From: Actinomycetota bacterium
Lineage (GTDB): Bacteria; Actinomycetota; Actinomycetes; Actinomycetales; Microbacteriaceae
Direction of reading: 5' to 3'
Length of the DNA stretch: 64,000 nucleotides
Assembly: GCA_037033365.1 (NCBI GenBank)
Contig: JAZBLS010000001.1
Coordinates: 18,937-82,936 of the forward strand
A model generated the notes under the pieces. The model saw only the letters and a program-made list of their open reading frames with translations, did not search any database and had not been told where the DNA came from. Positions within the stretch are counted from its first letter, which is position 1; each line of letters starts with the position of its first letter. Positions 37,175 to 45,919 of the stretch are shown here, in pieces. A program made the position numbers and the translations under genes.

Positions 37175-37997
37175 GTTGGTAACCCTCCAGCAGGATCGCG
37201 ACGTGCAACGGATCGCACCCTTGAGACAGCCATCTCGTAGGCGTTTGGCTTTGACGATTGATCTTCAGGTGCCAGGTGGGTGTTGTGAAAAAGCGGTGTA
37301 TCCGCGGCAGCGTCCAATCGGAAGGCATCGAAGACACGATCAGGTTGATGCCGTTGACGACCGATTTGCCTTCTTCTGTTGAAAACTGCCACATCGGATA
37401 GCGCATCTCGTTCGGAGAGAGCGCGACGGCGTGCAGGAATCCGGCGCGCGTGACGCGGTCGAGATAACGGCGAGACGTGCGCAGGCGGATGACGGCTTGC
37501 TCTGGAGTCAGCGACGCCTTCATCGCAGCGCGCTTTGTTGTGTCGCTGTCCGCGGCCGCGGGTTCGCCGGCCATCGCGCCGATGCGCTCGTCTCGTGCCA
37601 CGAGCGCGAGCACGCGCCTGCCTGCTTGGAGGCTTTTGGGGACGCCTACTTCGTCACGGACATATCCGAGTCGACGCCATACAACGATCACCGCCCTCCA
37701 GAAGCGATGCCGCGCCAGATCCAAGTCCTTTCGCCCCCAGTCTTCGGCTAAGCGCGAAGGGAGGCCATCGGTGTCGGGGAAGAGATGCCTGAAGACATCA
37801 CGAACCGTTGGTCCCTCGTTGTAGCGACGGCGATGATGAACTATGTACAAGCCGGCCGCCAATCCCCACTGCGCCGCTGACCGGCCGGTCGTGAGCTCCG
37901 TGAAGAGGGCGCGCCATGCCAATGGGGCCGGGCGTCTCGCGGATGTCCACCAGTTTTCAGGACTCAAGTACCCAGAGTTCGCCATGGCAGTGGCCAT
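37161..37997 (-). CDS. Rv2175c/MbcA-Xre-like DNA-binding protein with extra N-terminal winged-helix-like domain
   Basis: GPTVRDVF (LexA-DBD-like), YPMWQF, FFTTP...TPTRWLSQG.DP.HV.ILL. Confidence 0.65.
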   Translation of the reverse strand: MATAMANSGYLSPENWWTSARRPAPLAWRALFTELTTGRSAAQWGLAAGLYIVHHRRRYNEGPTVRDVFRHLFPDTDGLPSRLAEDWGRKDLDLARHRFWRAVIVVWRRLGYVRDEVGVPKSLQAGRRVLALVARDERIGAMAGEPAAADSDTTKRAAMKASLTPEQAVIRLRTSRRYLDRVTRAGFLHAVALSPNEMRYPMWQFSTEEGKSVVNGINLIVSSMPSDWTLPRIHRFFTTPTWHLKINRQSQTPTRWLSQGCDPLHVAILLEGYQHDID

Positions 37998-38112
37998 CCT
38001 CTCGCTCGTCTACGGTCAACCCGGTCGGGCTTTCGATCGCCTCAGCGCTAGGTTCGCAAGCGGTCGCCCTATGGGTAGGCGCTCGCGAGACGCTGTCGGC
38101 TTCGAATCAGAA

Positions 38113-38135
38113 TATGGCTTACCAGTAAGCCCATA
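38113..38135. promoter_or_regulatory. Palindrome between divergent regulators
   Basis: GGCTTAC-CA-GTAAGCC with bulged TAT(G)/CATA extension. Confidence 0.5.
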
Positions 38136-38166
38136 CAAGGAAGCCATTCTGGCGACGCTTGTAACC

Positions 38167-38451
38167 GTGACAGGGCGACCGGGCGAGGCAGACGCCGAGT
38201 GGCGTGAGTTCGTCCTGCAGCTCTCGGTTCATCTCAGGCGCCTACGGCACGACGCTGGCCTCAGCCAAGAGGAAGTCGCCCATCGAGCTGGACTGAGCCG
38301 ATTCATCTATCGCCAGTACGAGAGCGGTGAATCGCGCCGCGGAACGGCCGCGAACCCCGCGCTGCGGTCGATCCTCTCGATCGCGCAGGTGCTTCAGGTG
38401 CCTATCGAAGAACTTCTGCCTAAGTCGATTCCGGACCTTCGTAGTCGTTGA
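38167..38451 (+). CDS. XRE family HTH regulator
   Basis: LRRLRHDAGLSQEEVAHRAGLSRFIYRQYESG..NP.L.SI..IAQVL. Confidence 0.85.
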   Translation: MTGRPGEADAEWREFVLQLSVHLRRLRHDAGLSQEEVAHRAGLSRFIYRQYESGESRRGTAANPALRSILSIAQVLQVPIEELLPKSIPDLRSR

Positions 38452-39562
38452 CCCGTCGCGCGGGTAATCTTCTGCGGTGCTGCTCAGCCCCTGAGGCTGT
38501 CCCGAGAGTCTGACCGAGACCGTGCTTCACTTCCTGAAGCCCTGGTTTCCCCCAGTAGTGCCCCGCGATCACTGCCAGGAGCGCCATCTCAAGAGCAGCA
38601 AGCTCGTCGCTTCGGAACGGCCTCGGGGCGGCCTCGGCGTGGTCACGAGAAGTCCTGATCAGGGCCAGCATAAGACCAGGAATCTTGCGTCTTAGTTGCG
38701 GCGACGTCAGCGTGTCCGTTGACGGCCTCCGTGCGGCCTCCAATTGCTCCCCTGCGGGGCCCCTGGTGGCCGCCGAGCTGTGTTTCGGTCGAGCGGCATC
38801 GGATGTGCATGCCATAGCTTGCTGTCGCGTGGTTCGATCCTGGATCGAGCCCAGAGGGGATGCCGTGAGGCGCACCCGCGCCGCAGAGCGATTGCCCAGG
38901 GCAACCACCTCCGGGCGGTTGCGTCGGGAGGAAGAACGCGCATCGAGCCAGAGCCAACCGCAGCGCTTCTTCGCTTCGCTCGAGGCGTATCCCCCCGGTG
39001 CCACTGGGTTCCAAACCGTGGTCCCACGCCACCCCCGACTTTCCGGGGAAAATGTATCGCCTCGTCCCCATGACCCCCTGTGGGTCCTTCGGATTCGGTC
39101 ATGGGGACATGGATGATGTCCCCAAGCTTTTTCCCTGATAAAACAACAAAAATGATCCCGATGCCTCGCGAAAGCTCGGCTTCGGGTCCGAAAGGAGTAA
39201 AGAGCATAAGGGGAGGTGGCCCCGGGCTGTGTTTCCCACCTCGCTGCGCTCGCCCGAAAACTTGCCCGGTGGTCGGCGTAGCCGACGCCTCCTCGGTCGA
39301 GGGTTCGACTCTTGCTCCGCTCGGTCTCCTGCCCTCCCTCGCCGACTTCGCTGCGCTTCGTCGGCCCTCACTTCGCAGCTACCGCTGCTCGCCTGAGGAC
39401 GCCCCACTGGGGCCTCCACAGGTTGCTACCGGAGGAGCCCGGGCTACGCTGCGCTTGCTGGCCACCTCCGATGGGAATGTGGTGAGAGGTCGATCGGGGA
39501 TCACTTTGCGAACGCCCCCAACTTTCGCCTCGAATCGGCAGCAGTTTTGTGGTGCACCAGTA

Positions 39563-39931
39563 GACCGTGTACCTTCACGCACCTGGAGGTCACCAGGTAC
39601 GCGGGGCGGCGGAGAAAGCCCGGGCCAGAGCGCAAAGCTGGAAATTAGCGTCGGATTCATCGAAATCAGCAATTTCGGCCCTGATCAGGATTTTTCAAAG
39701 ATGTACCTGCTGTACCTGCCGCTACGAACAAACCTATATACGAGAGCAGCATGTAGGTGCTCGGTTGGCGTGGGTGGGAGAGGGGTCAGCCTCCTTCTCT
39801 CTTACTAGATTGTCCAGGTACACCAGGTACAGGCCTTAGCAGGCCGTCCGAGAGCTGGGAGATCACGCGGACTTCGATGTAACTGGAGGTGTGCCTGGAC
39901 CCCTCGATTCGGCAGTTACACACCAGGTACA
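39563..39931. repeat. Convergent octamer iteron array B (origin-like)
   Basis: TGTACCTG at 39702 and 39711 facing CAGGTACA at 39815, 39824, 39924; CAGGTACG at 39594; TATATA in core. Confidence 0.72.
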
Positions 39932-40150
39932 CCGGCTCACTCTCCCGACCTTCGAGCGCGGCTACACCCCAGCCGGGAAATTGGGCGCTCGCCGCAGATA
40001 TATCCGACGTGCTGTGTACAGTCGTGAGCAAGCCTGAATGACACTAAAAGGGCAGGGCCACCGAGGGTCCGACCATTTGGATACGCCAAGCAACCGCTAA
40101 CGGGTTCGGCTACGAGGTCCTCTTGGAAGTTTGACTTCCAAGGGAGATCC

Positions 40151-40372
40151 ATGCCTCTTTTCACCCCCGCGAGCACTAGTCTGCTGGACTCGCTGATCAC
40201 GCCGGCAACACTCGCCGCTCGCCTCGGCACGAAAAGTCTGAGCGAATGGCGCATCACCGGCCGTGGTCCGAAGTTCATCCGCATCGGCCGCAGCCCGCGC
40301 TACCGGCCTGAGGCCGTCGACGAGTGGTTGCTCGCGCAGGAGCACGCGAGCACCTCCGAGGAAGCTGCCTGA
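40151..40372 (+). CDS. xis: Excisionase / AlpA-MerR-like HTH protein
   Basis: LITPATLAARLG...WRITGRGPKFIRIGRSPRYRPEAVDEWL; TGATG overlap with integrase. Confidence 0.85.
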   Translation: MPLFTPASTSLLDSLITPATLAARLGTKSLSEWRITGRGPKFIRIGRSPRYRPEAVDEWLLAQEHASTSEEAA

Positions 40373-41511
40373 TGGGTAGCGCGTACTCGTACGACACGAA
40401 GAACGGCAAGCGCTGGGAAGCGCGTTATCGCAAGCCCGACGGCAAGACCGCGCGTAAGGGTGGCTTTGCGCGCAAGCGGGATGCTGAGGCATACATCACC
40501 TCGGTGGAGTCGGCGAAGCTTCAAGGCGCGTACATCGCACCGGGGGAGTCTCGAGTCACCGTCGGAGAACTGGGTACTTCCTGGCTGACCGCCCACGCGA
40601 TCGCTGTCAAGCCGTCCACCTTCCATAGCGACGAGAGTGCGTGGCGGGTCCACGTCGAGCCGGCCTGGGGGCGACGCCGTGTCGGCACGATCCGGCACAC
40701 GGAGGTCGCGGCGTGGATTGCCGAGTTGAGTTCTGAGCGCTCCGCGACCACCGTGAAGCGGTGCCATGGCGTTCTCGCATCGATCCTTGACGGGGCCGTG
40801 CGCGATCGCCGGCTTCAGTCGAATCCCGCACGCGAGGTGAAGACCCCGCGCAAGGTCCGGAAGCAGAGGGCCTACCTCACGCACCAGCAGGTTGAACGAA
40901 TCGCAACGGCATCTCATTATCCGGATCTCGTGCGGTTCCTCGCCTACACGGGGCTTCGGTGGGGCGAGGCGACGGGCCTCACAGTAGCGAACGTGGATGT
41001 ATCGCGGCGCCGACTGAACATTTCGTCGAACGCCGTCATCGTGAACGGACATGTGATCGTCGGTACGCCGAAGACGCACGAGCGGCGCACCGTCGTCTAT
41101 CCGGCCTTTCTCGATGCTGCGATGATTCATGCGATCACGCTCAAGCGTCCGGATGAGCTGGTCTTCCCTGCCGATACCGGTGGCTACCTCCGGCCGGGCA
41201 ACTCCGTGTCCGGATGGTTCGCTGGAGCGTGCAAGCGCGCCCGACTCGCGGATGCCTCCGATGTTGCCGAGGCCAGGGCTCGGGGCGAGGGGATTCGGGC
41301 GGTTATGCCGCGCGTGACGCCGCACGATCTGCGGCACACTGCTGCATCGCTCGCGATCAGCGCCGGTGCCAACGTCAAGGCGGTTCAGCGCATGCTTGGG
41401 CATGCGAGCGCGGCGATGACGCTCGACACGTACGCAGACCTATTCGATGACGATCTTGACGATGTCGCCGCGGCGCTGGAGGCATCGCGCACGATTGCGC
41501 TTGGACGGTAG
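40372..41511 (+). CDS. int: Tyrosine recombinase / integrase
   Basis: N-terminal arm-binding WEARYR..GGF..K..A; catalytic TGLRWGE, K (PKT), HDLRH, GH, TLDTYADL. Confidence 0.95.
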   Translation: MGSAYSYDTKNGKRWEARYRKPDGKTARKGGFARKRDAEAYITSVESAKLQGAYIAPGESRVTVGELGTSWLTAHAIAVKPSTFHSDESAWRVHVEPAWGRRRVGTIRHTEVAAWIAELSSERSATTVKRCHGVLASILDGAVRDRRLQSNPAREVKTPRKVRKQRAYLTHQQVERIATASHYPDLVRFLAYTGLRWGEATGLTVANVDVSRRRLNISSNAVIVNGHVIVGTPKTHERRTVVYPAFLDAAMIHAITLKRPDELVFPADTGGYLRPGNSVSGWFAGACKRARLADASDVAEARARGEGIRAVMPRVTPHDLRHTAASLAISAGANVKAVQRMLGHASAAMTLDTYADLFDDDLDDVAAALEASRTIALGR

Positions 41512-41764
41512 CCGGAAGTCGGCCACTTCTGTTCCGGGTTAGTCGGTCAAGCCGTTCAGGGAACGAGAAAGGGGCGAACTGTGTACCGCAGCGACATGCA
41601 ATGACTTCCGATGAATCATCGGCGCTGAGATCCAGACACTTCGCTCGGCGGCGCCCGGCGACACAGATGAACGATGCTAGATCGAATCGCCCAGGTCGAA
41701 CATGCACAGGTGGGCATGAGACGGGCTTTGCCCCCCTCGTCGACGATTCTGCAATGATCGGGGC

Positions 41765-43345
41765 ATGAGCCCAGCGATCTATCCCGGCATCCGATTTCCT
41801 GACCGTGCCGAAGCTTTGGAGGATTTCGAGGGATACCGCGTATTCCTCGAGCCCTGGAATCCAATTGCTGATGCTCTGCGCCCCCGGTGGGAAGCGGCCG
41901 CGCTCCGAGGTTCCTCGCACATCTTCGCGATCCACGGGCCGCAGGGCGCCGGGAAGACGCTACTCACCAGGAAGCTTGCGGGGGACTTCGAAACTACGAA
42001 GCTCGATCCGCATGGGCTTGAGCCTGATGCAAGCAACTTTTGGCACCGTGTCTCTGGAGGAAGCGCGCTTGAAGCGGGCACCATCCGTCATGCCACCGCC
42101 ATGACCGATTTCTTGACCATTCCAAACGTCAAGACCTGGCAGGGCGAAGTGGTGAGCTTCATCTCCGGACAGCGAGCGAACGCGCGTGTTCTGCTTGCGG
42201 ATAACGCAGAGCGCACCTATTTCCGGCAGGGCCTCGTCGAGATGACTGACATGGAGTACCTCTCTGCGGAGGGCCAGCCCGGGCTGAACCGCCTGGCAGC
42301 ACAACGTCTTGTCGACCAGCTGCGGACCTCGATGCGAGGAACACTTCTTGTCCTTCTAAGCAACTCAGCGGAATTCCTCAATGGTCTGCAGGATGAGGTG
42401 GAGCAGCAGCATGCCGGTTTGATGTCAGTCACTAACCTCGAGCTTCCTGGGCCACGTGACAAAGAGACGGTCATCCGGGTCAATACGAACCGGCTGAATG
42501 AGGCGTCGTACTGGGCGGCGATCGACCAAGGAACGATCGCTGATCGCGTGGCACTCAAGAGCGCGCTCAGCGGTGACACCACTTTCCCAGATTCCTTCCG
42601 CGCGGTCGACAGCGCGTCACGCAACCGAACCGGCCGCCCGGCGCTCCGAAACGTTATCTCGCTTCTAGTTCTTACGAATACTGAGGATGCGGCCGTCGAC
42701 CTATCGAGTATCGGCGCAGTGAAGCGCACCGAGGTGGATGATGCATGGCTGCGCGTTCAGGTCTTTGAGGAAGGGTGGGCTCCTCGAGAGATCGGCGATA
42801 GAGAGGCCGGACTTCTTGAGTCAGAGTGGTCGCTTCGTATCGCCGTTCTGGCACGTCCATTCGTGAGCGCACTTCTCGCAGGGCGAGAGGATCCGGCTCA
42901 GCGTGCGCAAGTCGCCGCGCTCTTGGATGAGCTGAAAACCTATCAAGGGCCAGGAACCCAGGCCTCTACGCGCGCAAACTACACGGAGCGGCTGCACAAA
43001 CACGTCGTTGAATGGATCGAACCGGACTACGACCTCGCCTCCTTCTGGGCAGCTGGTCAACACCGCTCCACCCAATACGAACCGGCGCTCGTTCAGGTGC
43101 TCCCGGGATACAACACATCCGCTAGCGGATTCCTTTCCTACCGACCCGACTTCGTGGTTAACGATTTCACGCCCTGCGCCGTGTCCGATGCCCCGGACGA
43201 GACTAACGACGCTATCCGCGCGGCTATCAGGCGGAGCGCGCACGTGTTCGAGTTCACGGCTATCGCGACAGGCGACCCGAGTCTCATGAAGTCTTACCTC
43301 GCGAGCAAGTTGCCCAACTATGTTCAGGTGACACAGGAACAGTAG
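41765..43345 (+). CDS. P-loop ATPase fused to C-terminal PD-(D/E)xK-like domain (candidate defence protein)
   Basis: GPQGAGKT Walker A, VLLADNAE Walker B-like, C-terminal YRPDFVV...VFEFTA. Confidence 0.7.
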   Translation: MSPAIYPGIRFPDRAEALEDFEGYRVFLEPWNPIADALRPRWEAAALRGSSHIFAIHGPQGAGKTLLTRKLAGDFETTKLDPHGLEPDASNFWHRVSGGSALEAGTIRHATAMTDFLTIPNVKTWQGEVVSFISGQRANARVLLADNAERTYFRQGLVEMTDMEYLSAEGQPGLNRLAAQRLVDQLRTSMRGTLLVLLSNSAEFLNGLQDEVEQQHAGLMSVTNLELPGPRDKETVIRVNTNRLNEASYWAAIDQGTIADRVALKSALSGDTTFPDSFRAVDSASRNRTGRPALRNVISLLVLTNTEDAAVDLSSIGAVKRTEVDDAWLRVQVFEEGWAPREIGDREAGLLESEWSLRIAVLARPFVSALLAGREDPAQRAQVAALLDELKTYQGPGTQASTRANYTERLHKHVVEWIEPDYDLASFWAAGQHRSTQYEPALVQVLPGYNTSASGFLSYRPDFVVNDFTPCAVSDAPDETNDAIRAAIRRSAHVFEFTAIATGDPSLMKSYLASKLPNYVQVTQEQ

Positions 43346-43740
43346 GGACTCGCCACAACTCGGGTAGCGCCCGAAGAGAGAGCACCGAGAACTCCGCGAT
43401 GTGCGTTGGTCGGGGAGCTACCAGCTCGACAACCAGCAAAGCGGGGTGTTCCGACTGCCGAACATCGGCCACACTGATGCACACTTCGTCACCCTCATAG
43501 TCACTTTTCAGGCGAACCTGAACGGCTCTACCTGCTCGGCAATACTCCTGTCGACGGAAGCGCTGACGCGCTTTTTCGTGACGAGCCGACGAAGCCGGGG
43601 GTGATCAAGTAGATGCTTCTCACAGATGACCCATGGCGCGTGCATGGTCGAGCCTGCTCGGATGGGCAGAGGAGTACCGCTATACGGGACTACAGCTGCG
43701 CTGATCGGTACCTACTGCTGCAGTCCGGCCTCGTGGGCGG

Positions 43741-44199
43741 TCAGCGACTATCGTCGCCACCGCGGCGGCCCGCCGATCCCCATCCGCGAGCAGCGACGAC
43801 TACGTCGCCGCGGTGCGTGCGCCGCTCCACGAGCGGCGGCTCGGGGGCGTTCATAACCTCTCCGAGCGTTCGGAGAGGAATGTGATCGTCGTCGAGGGTT
43901 GCGAGTTCGTGCACGTCGTCATCGAGGGCATGTAGGAGTCTCACGTCGGCGCGATGGTGAGCCTGGAGCGTGTCCTTCAAGACGATGACGGTCATTTCGC
44001 GGGCTTCGCAATATTCGCTTGTGCAGTACAGCTCGAGGCGGCCGGTGTCACTCGCGATGTCACCGTAGGAGCGCTTGACGCTCTTGTTGCCGCAGAAATA
44101 GCAGTCCAAGTAGCCGGGGCCTTCCTGCCCCTGCTCGGGTCGGTGTGCGCCCTCGCGGCGCGCCCAGGGTGCTTCGTCAGGTCCCCAACCGGTAGTCAT
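43741..44199 (-). CDS. Hypothetical protein with putative zinc ribbon
   Basis: CYFC...YCTSEYC cysteine pairs. Confidence 0.6.
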   Translation of the reverse strand: MTTGWGPDEAPWARREGAHRPEQGQEGPGYLDCYFCGNKSVKRSYGDIASDTGRLELYCTSEYCEAREMTVIVLKDTLQAHHRADVRLLHALDDDVHELATLDDDHIPLRTLGEVMNAPEPPLVERRTHRGDVVVAARGWGSAGRRGGDDSR

Positions 44200-44286
44200 G
44201 TCGTCCCCTTCGCTCGGCGTTCTCATGATCGTCTCATGACCAGCACGGCCACAAGCTCCACGGCGCGTAGTCCGCCACCGAACCGG

Positions 44287-45267
44287 CTAACCCGGCGGCT
44301 CCAGAAGGTCGACGACGTCCCGAAGACTGGGTGTAACTAATGTGTCGTAGAGCCCCGGCACCTTCGCGGTGTTGAGCAGCCCGGACCAAAACTTCTCGGT
44401 CACCACGACGTCGCAGTATGGCACGGCTACCGCCAGCGCGGTGACGTCGTTCAGGTCGTTACCCTCCCACCGCTTCTGTGGGTTCGCTTGCCGGAGATGA
44501 CGCAGCTTCATGTCGACCTGGCGTGAGGGCATGTGCGCGATGAGCCGTGTGACGTTACGCGCGTCGACGAGGTCCTCCGGTGGTACACCCAACTCTTGGG
44601 CCGCTTCGATCGCGGGCTCAAGGATGTCTTGCATTGCCGTCGCCGCCATGATGTTGGGGAGCTTGGCCTTACCCAGCTTGTGCACCCAACCGGCGATTCG
44701 GTTCTGTTCGGTGACGAACTGAGAGTCGTAGTTCAGCATGTCCTGGAAGACCAGGCGTGTGCTCTCCGGGTACCCCGCGGGGGCGAGGCCGCCGAGAATC
44801 ATCTCTTCCCACTTCGGCACCGCAACCTCATACAACTGTCGCTTCTGCTCCTCTGACAGGTTGGTCCCGTCTACTTCGTCCGGTATGGGGTAGCGGAGGG
44901 AGGGTAGGGCATGCGCGTGCGCCGCAGTTTCGCCAAAAAGCTGCAACTCGGGGAGACGCACGTTCAGGTCGAAGACCTCGATGATCGCCCTTCGGATCTC
45001 CCACGGAACGATGACGTGCGGTGGGGCGATGCGATCCATGCCGGCGAGCCGCATCATCGTCTTGGCGAGGTCGACCCGTCGTCGCCGCTCCTGAGTCTTG
45101 CCTGTCTCGATGTAGTGCGCGACGCTGAGAGGGAAGGACGCGCGACCGTCATCAGCGGCCCTCTTGAACGCCTCGAGCGAGTCGACGTGCTGAGCTCCCT
45201 GAGGGTGCCCGGTTTCGGCGCGCGCCAGATCTATCCACTTCATCTGGTCGAGGTAGATCGTCATCAT
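44287..45267 (-). CDS. PIN-like domain protein (about 326 aa)
   Basis: IYLDQMKW N-terminal Asp, HYIET, NDLNDVTALAVAVPYCDVVVTEK. Confidence 0.7.
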   Translation of the reverse strand: MMTIYLDQMKWIDLARAETGHPQGAQHVDSLEAFKRAADDGRASFPLSVAHYIETGKTQERRRRVDLAKTMMRLAGMDRIAPPHVIVPWEIRRAIIEVFDLNVRLPELQLFGETAAHAHALPSLRYPIPDEVDGTNLSEEQKRQLYEVAVPKWEEMILGGLAPAGYPESTRLVFQDMLNYDSQFVTEQNRIAGWVHKLGKAKLPNIMAATAMQDILEPAIEAAQELGVPPEDLVDARNVTRLIAHMPSRQVDMKLRHLRQANPQKRWEGNDLNDVTALAVAVPYCDVVVTEKFWSGLLNTAKVPGLYDTLVTPSLRDVVDLLEPPG

Positions 45268-45842
45268 CACGACACTCAGTCTGCCTGCACAACCTGCTTG
45301 CAGAGCGAAGCACCCGTCGAGCCGCGGGCGGTGCGACCATGAACCCTCGCCACATACATTGCGCCGTGACTCGTGTGAGTGGCCGATTCGCGCGAACCCG
45401 ATCCCGGAGTTCAACCCGTTCTTGGGTAGATCACTCGCCGTCCTCCCATGTGCCCGGATCGGTGCAACCTGAGAGTCGACCCGACAATCGTCCACGCCGC
45501 CGCGGCGCCACAGTGGCCTTCCAGGGCGGACGCGTCTAGATTATCGCGGCTGAGGGTCTACTTCGCTGCGATGAGCTCCACACTGCTTCGCTGCGGCACG
45601 AGGCCTCCGGGGAACAACTCGTCGATGGCCGGGGTGGGACTGGTTCATGCTTCCACGCGCTGCCTACGACTGACTACTTCCGGAATGGCTCATCATGGGC
45701 ATACCCCGCGGTAGCGCTATGCGGTAACGCAGCAGTAACGGAATGCATGCGGGAGCACGGGAGCTGGCGTGAGTAGATGTGAGTGACTTCCCTACATTTC
45801 CGATGGTTCGTGAGAAGGTGACAAGGCCGCGGGGTCGCGAGA

Positions 45843-45869
45843 TGGGTTCAAATCCCACCGTCACCGCCA
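45843..45869 (+). tRNA. 3' fragment of tRNA-Ser (CGA-type acceptor stem); att core, not an intact gene
   Basis: TGGGTTCAAATCCCACCGTCACCGCCA = T-arm + acceptor 3' strand + G discriminator + CCA; no matching 5' half upstream. Confidence 0.8.
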
Positions 45870-45871
45870 CC

Positions 45872-45919
45872 ACGAAGGCCCCGACTCCCGTCGATATGAC
45901 TGGGATGCGGGGCCTTCGT
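45872..45919 (+). terminator. Hairpin downstream of tRNA fragment
   Basis: ACGAAGGCCCCG / CGGGGCCTTCGT 12-bp perfect stem. Confidence 0.75.

Larger units (their letters stand above)
32300..45869. mobile_element. Integrative element / genomic island core (left border uncertain, may extend beyond window start)
   Basis: xis-int pair, tRNA-Ser 3' fragment at 45843-45869, TA/defence-like cargo, iteron-like arrays, visibly more AT-rich intergenic DNA than flanking catabolic loci. Confidence 0.75.

Noticed and set aside
38420-39004. Minus-strand ORF between XRE gene and non-coding region
   Set aside because: The middle part looks protein-like but there is no recognisable motif, start or RBS, and it overlaps the XRE 3' end; left uncalled
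39130-39200. Hammerhead ribozyme
   Set aside because: GAAA motifs are present but the CUGANGA core is not (CTGATAA only)
43284-43620. Possible decayed gene on the minus strand after the ATPase
   Set aside because: Fragments in two frames with no identifiable motif; cannot be supported without blastx
45780-45869. Intact tRNA-Ser gene
   Set aside because: No D-arm or anticodon arm and no properly spaced 5' acceptor strand upstream; only the 3' fragment is present
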